Shown piece after piece: positions 56,372-64,000 of a stretch of 64,000 nucleotides of DNA. The notes beneath the pieces were generated by a model, which was not told the origin of the DNA, made no database searches, and was given only the letters and a program-made list of their open reading frames with translations. Position numbers and translations under genes: made by a program. The stretch is from a virus. Location of the stretch: the IMG/VR virus record IMGVR_UViG_3300025598_000020. The stretch is one strand, 5' to 3'. How positions within the stretch are numbered: position 1 is the stretch's first letter; every line of letters starts with the position of its first letter.

Positions 56372-57640
56372 TTACACTCTTTTATTAAGAATGCCAACGA
56401 CTTGTTCCATCAAAGGATCCAAAGACTTAGTAGTCTTTTTGTCTTCTTCAATGTGGACTTCATCATCTAAAGCAGAATTGTCTGCAACTTTTACGTCAAC
56501 GTTGAAATAAGATTCAACTAATGTTGACAACTTTGCCGCAAATTCTTCTTCAGTAGTAAATTCCACACCCTCTGCGAGTGATTTCAATTTTTCTACTTGA
56601 GTTTGCGATAGGCCTTCACACACTGCGTAGATAGCCTCAATTTTTTTATGTTCGTTTAATTCTTTAGACATTTCAACGCTACGGTTGATTTGTTCATTCA
56701 ATTGAGATTCCAATTCAGACACTTTGTCTGCCATTTCGGCAACAACATCAACTTTGTCTTCAGGAATATCAATGTAATGTTCAACAAATACATTGCGTAG
56801 AGCGCCGATAAAGTCTTCAGCAATTTCAGCACGTAGACCAGATTCTACGGCCAATTCGTTTTCTTTCATCCATTCTTCAGCCATATAGTTTAGATAGTCA
56901 TCAACTTTGGATGCCAAATCTTCTTTAACTTGTTCTACGGCTTCATTGAATTGTTCTACCAAGTTAGACTCAACTTGTTCAGCAATAACTTGAATACGAG
57001 CAGCAACGGCAGCTTCAAAAATTGTAGTTGCTTTAGCAGCAAATTCTTCTGATAGGTTTTCACCAGCCAACAATGCACGAACGTCATCAGACATATCTAA
57101 TGCTTCCATGTTAACGTGTTGTGCTTGTGAACCTGCTGTTTGTGAACCATCATAGTGCTGGAATGTAGAACCTTTGTTCATGCCGAATGTGTTTGCTGGC
57201 AATTTACCTGCAATACGGTCACGAATTTGGTCAATATGGTTAGTCATTGTTGCAACAGTAGTTGGGTGCATAACGTCTTTACGACCCATAGTTTGTTGTG
57301 GTTGACCAGAATATGTATTGTAACCAACTGTACCTAGGTGTTGGTCGTTCTTTTCAGAACCAACAGGTGGTGTTGCACCTGGAGGAGTTGCGCTTGGAGT
57401 ACCTTTTAGGTAATCTGGCAATTCATCATCATTAACTTCTGGTGAATGACCAATAATACCTGCATCTTTTTCGCCATAGGCTACTGATGCTTGAAGTCTA
57501 TCGTCACCAACTTCACCTTTTTTGTGAGCATCTTGGCCACGCATACCTCTTTTTGCCATAATATTAGAATCAAAGGTTTCTTTAGAACCTTCACCTAATA
57601 CTGCTTTAGCGGCTTCTGACAGATTGAATCTTTTTGACAT
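56372..57640 (-). CDS. gp22: Prohead core scaffold protein
   Basis: LSEEF..KATTIFEAA, VDDYLNY..EEW; synteny; TATAAATA at 57669-57676. Confidence 0.93.
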   Translation of the reverse strand: MSKRFNLSEAAKAVLGEGSKETFDSNIMAKRGMRGQDAHKKGEVGDDRLQASVAYGEKDAGIIGHSPEVNDDELPDYLKGTPSATPPGATPPVGSEKNDQHLGTVGYNTYSGQPQQTMGRKDVMHPTTVATMTNHIDQIRDRIAGKLPANTFGMNKGSTFQHYDGSQTAGSQAQHVNMEALDMSDDVRALLAGENLSEEFAAKATTIFEAAVAARIQVIAEQVESNLVEQFNEAVEQVKEDLASKVDDYLNYMAEEWMKENELAVESGLRAEIAEDFIGALRNVFVEHYIDIPEDKVDVVAEMADKVSELESQLNEQINRSVEMSKELNEHKKIEAIYAVCEGLSQTQVEKLKSLAEGVEFTTEEEFAAKLSTLVESYFNVDVKVADNSALDDEVHIEEDKKTTKSLDPLMEQVVGILNKRV

Positions 57641-57678
57641 TTAAAAATCTCCTTGATTTTGTATTGAATATTTATAGG

Positions 57679-58323
57679 TTATAGTTTTTTCATGAAGTTT
57701 TCAAATATGCGAAGACTTACTGCTTCGACATCCGCACGTGATGCTGATTTGATTTCTCTAATCGCTTGTGCGTGTTCTACTTCAGTCCAAACACCATTTA
57801 CCAACATCCATTCTTTTCCTTCCATAATGCCTTGAACAAATGCTCCAGGCGCAGAAGGGTCTGCTACAATATCCGCCGCTGTGGCTAGATAAAAGTCGGG
57901 TTGAACAACATTAACACCGTTAACATTTTTCAATGAACCCATACCTCTTGAAGAAACTCCTAGTTGTGCACCGCCTTCAATAAGTTGACGAGCAATTTGA
58001 CCCATTGGAGTTTCTAAAATTTTTGCTTTACCAATCCATTGATTACCGTCTTCACGTAAACCAACAATCATGTGTGATACACGGTCTAAGTTAATGGTTG
58101 GAGAATCTGGATGTCCTAGTTCACCAAAAGCACGGTGCTTGTTGATGTATTCTTCTGTGTAACGATGAACTTCTTTTTTCATCGTATTGTATTCGTATAG
58201 GCGGCCATTTTTGTTTTTCTTTTCAGCAACAAGGAATGGACCCTCTATGTACAGTTCTTTTTTACCATCTGCACCTTCTGTCAGATAGTTGACTGTTTCG
58301 TTGATTTCTTTAATGAGTTTCAT
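57679..58323 (-). CDS. gp21: Prohead protease
   Basis: GELGHP, GVSSRGMGS, DIVADPSAP. Confidence 0.97.
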   Translation of the reverse strand: MKLIKEINETVNYLTEGADGKKELYIEGPFLVAEKKNKNGRLYEYNTMKKEVHRYTEEYINKHRAFGELGHPDSPTINLDRVSHMIVGLREDGNQWIGKAKILETPMGQIARQLIEGGAQLGVSSRGMGSLKNVNGVNVVQPDFYLATAADIVADPSAPGAFVQGIMEGKEWMLVNGVWTEVEHAQAIREIKSASRADVEAVSLRIFENFMKKL

Positions 58324-58334
58324 TATTGTACCTA

Positions 58335-58850
58335 TTATGGTGTTACGTTGTATGGTCTATAGTTGAATGCAGCAGGATCATTAAATTGACCACGTTGATA
58401 GTATTCGTTTTGTTTACGCAACTCAATAATTAGTGTGTAAGCGCAATTTGCTACCAAACCAATAGTTTGAACGCCGATGTCACCTGTTGCACCAACTGCA
58501 TTATTTGGAATAGAAACCATACCTTGGTCTTCTGAATATTCACCGCAAAGGTCCATATTCATGATAGGCACATTATTTGCTGCACCGTTGCCAGTCCAAA
58601 ACAATTCAACATAGCCCTTTTGTTGTGAAGCAATATTGTAACCAATTCTAGTTACAGTTAAACCGTAATAAGACAATGGTGTTCCGTTTGGAATAACATT
58701 GTTATTACTTGTCAAAGCACCATATAGTGTATTTGCCGCAATACGGGAAACGTTATATTCTTGGCCAGAACCATCAAAATTGGCAGTCAGTTTGATAACT
58801 GCCTTTTCTGTAGTGTCTCGCAAGACTTGATATGTGAAAATATTTGCCAT
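58335..58850 (-). CDS. Hypothetical structural protein, paralog B
   Basis: Shares termini with 58865..59470. Confidence 0.75.
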   Translation of the reverse strand: MANIFTYQVLRDTTEKAVIKLTANFDGSGQEYNVSRIAANTLYGALTSNNNVIPNGTPLSYYGLTVTRIGYNIASQQKGYVELFWTGNGAANNVPIMNMDLCGEYSEDQGMVSIPNNAVGATGDIGVQTIGLVANCAYTLIIELRKQNEYYQRGQFNDPAAFNYRPYNVTP

Positions 58851-58864
58851 GTTTATTCCTAGTC

Positions 58865-59470
58865 TTACGGTGTAATGTTGTAAGGCTTGTAGTTGAATGC
58901 TGCTGGATCGTTGAACTGACCACGTTGATACATAGCATTGTTTTTACGCAAAGAAACAATTAATGTATATGAACAGTTTGCAGCGGCACCTTGTGTGTAA
59001 ACACCGATATCGCCGTTACCTACGTTGGCTGTAACAATATATCCGTTGGCCAAAGTACCAGAATTATTAGTAATAGAAGGTAGTTGTTCACCCAAACCAA
59101 ATTCACCAGAAGCATTTAAATGGAAAATTGTTGCTGAGTTTGCATATTGTGCTGCTGGAGTTGCACCTGCACCGTTCCAAAATAACTCAACAGAACCTTG
59201 AGAGTTTGCACTTGTACTTGTAAATGGCATGTTAACGTAGTATTTCAAACCAGTTAATTGCAAATCATAGTAAGACAACGGAGTATTTGCAGAACCACCT
59301 TGATTATTTGCTACAAGAAAACCATTGGTTGCCAACGCATTTGAAAGTGAATTTGCTTGAATGCGTGTGTTATTAATTTCTTGACCAGAACCATCAAACA
59401 CTCCAGTTAACTTAATAACAGAGTCTGTTTGTGTATCTCTTAAAACTTGATATGTGAATTTATTGGCCAT
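58865..59470 (-). CDS. Hypothetical structural protein, paralog A
   Basis: FTYQVLRDT...YQRGQFNDPAAFNY; TATAAATA at 59493-59500. Confidence 0.75.
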   Translation of the reverse strand: MANKFTYQVLRDTQTDSVIKLTGVFDGSGQEINNTRIQANSLSNALATNGFLVANNQGGSANTPLSYYDLQLTGLKYYVNMPFTSTSANSQGSVELFWNGAGATPAAQYANSATIFHLNASGEFGLGEQLPSITNNSGTLANGYIVTANVGNGDIGVYTQGAAANCSYTLIVSLRKNNAMYQRGQFNDPAAFNYKPYNITP

Positions 59471-59507
59471 GGTTCTTCTTTAAAATATTATCTATTTATA
59501 GTTAAAA

Positions 59508-59807
59508 TTAATAACCTTCTTTTTTCATTTTTTCTTTCTTCATTTTCATTTTTTCTTCTTCATCTTCTTCTTCACTCATGCCGTGCTTTGGCTTTTCTTC
59601 TTCTTTTTTCATGTGCCATTTTTCTTCTTCTTTTTTCATTTTCTTTGTTGGCATCATTTCTTCTTGGTTCAATAAACCTTGAGCAATTTCTTGTTTCTTG
59701 GCTTCAATGTGTGCAGTTACACGGTCATGAATTCCAGCATACAGTTCTGCTCTAAAATTAACTGCGTCATCACTTACTGCGTAATCGATTAGGTCTCTTG
59801 CGTTCAT
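59508..59807 (-). CDS. Small prohead core protein (gp67-like by position)
   Basis: Directly downstream of portal; highly charged tail. Confidence 0.6.
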   Translation of the reverse strand: MNARDLIDYAVSDDAVNFRAELYAGIHDRVTAHIEAKKQEIAQGLLNQEEMMPTKKMKKEEEKWHMKKEEEKPKHGMSEEEDEEEKMKMKKEKMKKEGY

Positions 59808-59819
59808 TTTGGTCTCCTA

Positions 59820-61499
59820 TTAACCGTTGATTAATTTTTTAACAACATCTAAAACTGGTTTGTAACCTTCATCCACTTTTTCTGGATTTTTTTCTTTACT
59901 TTGATCCAATTTCATATCTAGGTCATTTTGGTGTTCTGCACCATCCATTTGAATTTGTGACAACATTTGTTGTTGTGCAACATCATTTGTAACTTGAACT
60001 GGCAAACCAATACCTGCTTCTTTTTCTTCTTCAATCTCGTCTTGCATAATCTTGATTTCATCATCATTTAGTCTCAACACATTGCGTTGAATCCAAGCTT
60101 GTGAAAAATAACGGCCAGTATATGGGTCAACTGAACTTAACAATTGCAATCTTTGTGTCATCAGTTCAGCATCTTTAAGTTCACTGAAGTTATTATCTTT
60201 GATAAAACTATAGTGTACGTGTTCTTTAAATTGATCCCATTCTTCATTAGTACAAACACCTTTAAGTACCAACTGAACTCTTAGCGCTTGATGGAACAAG
60301 TCAGAAAACTTGTTACGCATACGAGCAACAAACTTAGCAAACTTCAACTCATCTCTTGTGATTTCACCAACACGACCTAAAGAGAACCCGGATTGGTTAG
60401 GATCAAGTCTGGAGACTGGAACGTTCAATGATTTATACAGTTTCTTCTCAAAGTATTTAACGTCTTCCAACTCACCTAGGTTCTGTCCACCTGGTAGTGT
60501 AGTAATCTCTGTACCTTTGCCACCTTCTCTACGTGGCAACCAGAAGTCTTCCATCATGGATAAGAACTTACGGTCATCACGGACTTCACCTGTATTTGCA
60601 TCATAGACAAGTTTGTTTTTATACTTAACCATAATATCACGTAGGTATTGTTCTGCCTTCAATTTAGGCAAATTACCAACGTCAATATAGAAAATTCTAC
60701 GTTCTGGTGCACGAGAGATACGATAGATAACTGTCGCATCTTCAATCATACGCAACTGATTCAATGGCTTAATTGCTTTGTGCAGGTAAGATAATACAAC
60801 CGCACGGCGACTATCCATAAGTCCACTAACCACAGAAATAACAGAGTCGGTAGTAATTCTGGTACCAACAGGCCCATAATTGGTTGAAGTGCCTGTCGTA
60901 ACTTTATCATTGTAGATGTAATATTCATTAACAACATTCATTACCTCTACACCGGTACGTTCGTCTTTTTGTTTCTTAATTTCACGAATCTTACGCATCT
61001 TGCGTGGATCAACGTAACGTAGTTCTTTAATTCCGGTTGTAGGATTTTCTTTGTCTACAATAATATGATAATATAACTTTCCGTCAATATAATATCTACG
61101 GAAAATATCTTGAGCCATGTTGGTATAGTTCAACAAACGCAAGATAGTATGAAATTCTGTTTTAATAACTTTTTTAATTTTATCTGGAACATCCAAATCG
61201 TCTAAAACAATTTGAATAATCTTACCGTCATCATCTTGGCAAATCGCTTCATTGACAATATCGTCAATAGCCGATTCAATTTCAGGCTGCATAGCCATTT
61301 CACGGTAACGAGATATGAGTTCTACCTCGTTTTTTGCAGTACCGTCTAAGTCAACATACGTACCATAATAGGCCGCAGAAGTAATTGTTAACGCACCATC
61401 ATCGCTCGGTGGTGGACTGAACGATTGTTGCGTTGCTTTGTTTTCTTCTTCCTCTTGACGAGAAATAGTAAAACCAAATAGACTAAACTTTTGGGCCAT
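59820..61499 (-). CDS. gp20: Portal protein
   Basis: RAPERRIFYIDVGNLP, EDFWLPRREGGKGTEI. Confidence 0.99.
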   Translation of the reverse strand: MAQKFSLFGFTISRQEEEENKATQQSFSPPPSDDGALTITSAAYYGTYVDLDGTAKNEVELISRYREMAMQPEIESAIDDIVNEAICQDDDGKIIQIVLDDLDVPDKIKKVIKTEFHTILRLLNYTNMAQDIFRRYYIDGKLYYHIIVDKENPTTGIKELRYVDPRKMRKIREIKKQKDERTGVEVMNVVNEYYIYNDKVTTGTSTNYGPVGTRITTDSVISVVSGLMDSRRAVVLSYLHKAIKPLNQLRMIEDATVIYRISRAPERRIFYIDVGNLPKLKAEQYLRDIMVKYKNKLVYDANTGEVRDDRKFLSMMEDFWLPRREGGKGTEITTLPGGQNLGELEDVKYFEKKLYKSLNVPVSRLDPNQSGFSLGRVGEITRDELKFAKFVARMRNKFSDLFHQALRVQLVLKGVCTNEEWDQFKEHVHYSFIKDNNFSELKDAELMTQRLQLLSSVDPYTGRYFSQAWIQRNVLRLNDDEIKIMQDEIEEEKEAGIGLPVQVTNDVAQQQMLSQIQMDGAEHQNDLDMKLDQSKEKNPEKVDEGYKPVLDVVKKLING

Positions 61500-61558
61500 A
61501 TTTTTCCAGTTATCAGTTCAAAAACACATAAAAGGGGACCGTAATCCCCTCGACAAAA

Positions 61559-62173
61559 TTAAGATGTAGTAACAGTAGTATTTGTAGATGTCCAGTATTG
61601 GTATGCAAATGTTACTGTGAATTCTTCAATAGTATCATTTGTTCCCCAATCTAAATCGATTGGAGACATATCAACTGGGAACATACCTACAAAGTCGTAT
61701 GCCTTAATAGCACCAGCCAAACCATCAGCACCACCAGTTTTTGCATACTGGTAAACGTGAGCATCAGATGTATAACCTAATGCTTGTGAGGTGTTGAAGT
61801 TATTTGCTTGTACGGATGTACCTCTCAAGTTACCTTGATTACTATTGATATAGTTCATCCAGGCTTCAATAGAATTGCGAATGATGAAGTTTTCATCGTT
61901 AACAATTGTAACTGTCCAATCAGCAAATGTTCTGTTGCCAGCAAACTTTACTTCACGACCAAAGTAATACATTGGGACAACACCCAATGTAGAACCTGGA
62001 AGTTGAGCAGCCTTTGCCAAGAAAGACAAAGATGTGCTTGAACTGCCAGCCGCAGGATTAGCACCAGGTGCATTTTGTCCAGTTGGAATATTTGGAATAC
62101 TTACCTGGAACAAATTTGGGCGTGCGCCATCGCCTGTTAGGCGTGTTGTGAAATCGCTAATTTGAAATGCCAT
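61559..62173 (-). CDS. gp19: Tail tube protein
   Basis: GARPNLF, GNRTFADW, IEEFTVTFAYQYW. Confidence 0.96.
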   Translation of the reverse strand: MAFQISDFTTRLTGDGARPNLFQVSIPNIPTGQNAPGANPAAGSSSTSLSFLAKAAQLPGSTLGVVPMYYFGREVKFAGNRTFADWTVTIVNDENFIIRNSIEAWMNYINSNQGNLRGTSVQANNFNTSQALGYTSDAHVYQYAKTGGADGLAGAIKAYDFVGMFPVDMSPIDLDWGTNDTIEEFTVTFAYQYWTSTNTTVTTS

Positions 62174-62199
62174 TTTATTCTCCTATTTGTTCTTATTTA

Positions 62200-63966
62200 T
62201 TAAGCTGTTGTAGTGATAATTGTTGAGAAATTAACACCAGTTCCAACTGCAACAAAATTCAACTGGATAAAGTTAATAGAACGAGCAGGTTGAATGTAAA
62301 TGTCACCAATAAATTGATTGCTATTAATAACTTGTGGTGTGTTATTAGTGTTATCACAAACAACTTGGAACGCTTGAATACCACGTTGACCTTGTACGTT
62401 ACGCAAGAAAGGAGTAACTAAAGAAACAAACTGCGCTTGTGTAAATGCATCATTGAATTCAAACAATGAATATTGAGCAGCCTTCTTAATTGCTTGTTCA
62501 AGTGTGATAAACAATCTACGAACGTTGATACGGTCAAATGCAGATGGTTGTGTTTGCATTGTCTTATCACCAAACAAGACTGTACCTTGTCCTGGGAACG
62601 AAGCAACTGGATTAACAGCAACTTGATACAAAGCATCACGTTGTGATTGTACTGGATTCCATGCCAATTTGATAACGTTCTTGATAACACCACGATTGAA
62701 ACCGGCAGGAGACCACCATGGATTATTGGCTGTGTCTGTGTATACACATAGACCTGCAATATCACCATTCAATGGAACCCAACGATAAACGTTATTGTAT
62801 TTGTCAAACATGTATTTCCAACCAGAGTCGGCAAAACCATAACTTCCTGTTGGTCCACCAGTGATTGAAGACAATGCATTAATCCATGACAATACGCTAG
62901 TTTGTTCACTACCAGAGTTGTTTACTACTGCGGATTGTGGTGGAGAAATAAAAGTAACTGCATCACGGCGTGTGGCTGAAATGTTGATTGCGTTTGATTG
63001 AACTGCCAAACTTGTATATGGACCAGTCATAATCAATGAAACTGAAACTTGTGTAGAATCTGCAAACAAGTTTTGTGCATTAATAATGTCAGCATCAGTG
63101 ATTGTTGCATCTGTACCAGAATACAATGGTAATGTATAAACACCAGACAATGTAGCAAAAGAAGTATTTGCTGTTGCTTTACCCCATGTGGCATTTGTAG
63201 ATGAATAATTTACTGGATCAACTGCAAAGATGTATTTTGATTGACTGAAAATAGCATTTTTGTAATAGTTTGATTGACCATTTGCGTCAACACTGTCAGA
63301 AGCTTTAGACAAATATGCAAAAGTTTCTAGAACCGTACCTTTTGTTCCTGTAAACAAACCGCCTGTGTCAACAACTGCAATGTGAATTTGGTCGTTGGCT
63401 GCACCTAATTGTGTGCCAGTATAACTTGTACTTGGTTGACTATTGAAGTAACCAGACAATGCTGTGTTTGCATAATTTGTGTTAGCAGAGTTGTAAAGTG
63501 GAACACTCCAATTTGCAAACTGATTTGCTGTTGCGCCAGCATCAATAACAGAAACTGTCAATGAGTTGCCTAAAGCACCAGGATAACGTGCAACGAAAGC
63601 ACCTAATGAGTTTGCGGCGCCAGATGGCAAATAACTGTATTGGAATGCATTTGCATTTGCAATTTGAACTTGTGCATTTGCATTTGCAGTAGCGTTGTAA
63701 GTTGCATTATTGGCTGCACGAACAATATTCAAATTATTACCGTAAGCTAAGAAAGAAGCCGCGGTAAAGAACGAAGCATAAGTGTTGCTATCTGGTTTAC
63801 CAAAAGTGTTCAATAAAACTGTTTCGGATGATACTGGAATAACTGTTTGTGCTGGACCCCATACAAAAGGTCCTGCATAAGCGCCTGCTGTGGTCAGAAC
63901 GGAAGGCACAACGGTAGTCAGGTTAACTTCGTTTACGCTTACGCCTGGAGATAATAGATTTGCCAT
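62200..63966 (-). CDS. gp18: Contractile tail sheath protein
   Basis: SPGVSVNE, WSPAGFNRG, FDRINVRRLF, PARSINFI. Confidence 0.98.
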   Translation of the reverse strand: MANLLSPGVSVNEVNLTTVVPSVLTTAGAYAGPFVWGPAQTVIPVSSETVLLNTFGKPDSNTYASFFTAASFLAYGNNLNIVRAANNATYNATANANAQVQIANANAFQYSYLPSGAANSLGAFVARYPGALGNSLTVSVIDAGATANQFANWSVPLYNSANTNYANTALSGYFNSQPSTSYTGTQLGAANDQIHIAVVDTGGLFTGTKGTVLETFAYLSKASDSVDANGQSNYYKNAIFSQSKYIFAVDPVNYSSTNATWGKATANTSFATLSGVYTLPLYSGTDATITDADIINAQNLFADSTQVSVSLIMTGPYTSLAVQSNAINISATRRDAVTFISPPQSAVVNNSGSEQTSVLSWINALSSITGGPTGSYGFADSGWKYMFDKYNNVYRWVPLNGDIAGLCVYTDTANNPWWSPAGFNRGVIKNVIKLAWNPVQSQRDALYQVAVNPVASFPGQGTVLFGDKTMQTQPSAFDRINVRRLFITLEQAIKKAAQYSLFEFNDAFTQAQFVSLVTPFLRNVQGQRGIQAFQVVCDNTNNTPQVINSNQFIGDIYIQPARSINFIQLNFVAVGTGVNFSTIITTTA

Positions 63967-64000
63967 TTTTTTCTTCTCCTTGATTTATTATGAGTTTGGC

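Noticed and set aside
1-64000. Prophage or host chromosome segment
   Set aside because: No integrase, att site or host housekeeping block; continuous T4-like gene order.

Overview
A 64 kb segment of a large, AT-rich T4-like myophage (Tevenvirinae-type core genes). The host is probably a Gram-negative proteobacterium; this is inferred from the spanins, the IbpA-type sHsp and the sigma70/boxA signals. Almost all genes lie on the minus strand. Reading right to left: tail and head module (gp18-19-20-21-22-23, gp3); uvsY/uvsW, gp55, gp47/46; deformylase; clamp and clamp loader; regA; Hsp20; rubrerythrin/rubredoxin; dCMP deaminase; 25 tRNA genes interspersed with tRNA-like and other structured RNAs; a plus-strand cassette of three exported or membrane proteins; gp43, uvsX, gp41; a 12-gene sugar-nucleotide/glycosylation island; a late operon of proteins with T4-like capsid-targeting N-termini; and overlapping spanin genes. 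The top finding is an unannotated 34-codon leader ORF (35150-35254) directly upstream of the tRNA array. It contains all 20 amino acids, and its 3' end can form an antiterminator against the intrinsic terminator that follows. This is the layout of a ribosome-coupled attenuator that could sense shortage of any charged tRNA and switch on the phage tRNA set. Other highlights: rrn-style boxA leaders, a 16-bp inverted repeat bracketing the array, non-canonical tRNA-like RNAs, and a shared C-terminal 'DVPxS' tag on three unrelated proteins. All calls come from manual motif recognition; no database searches were run.
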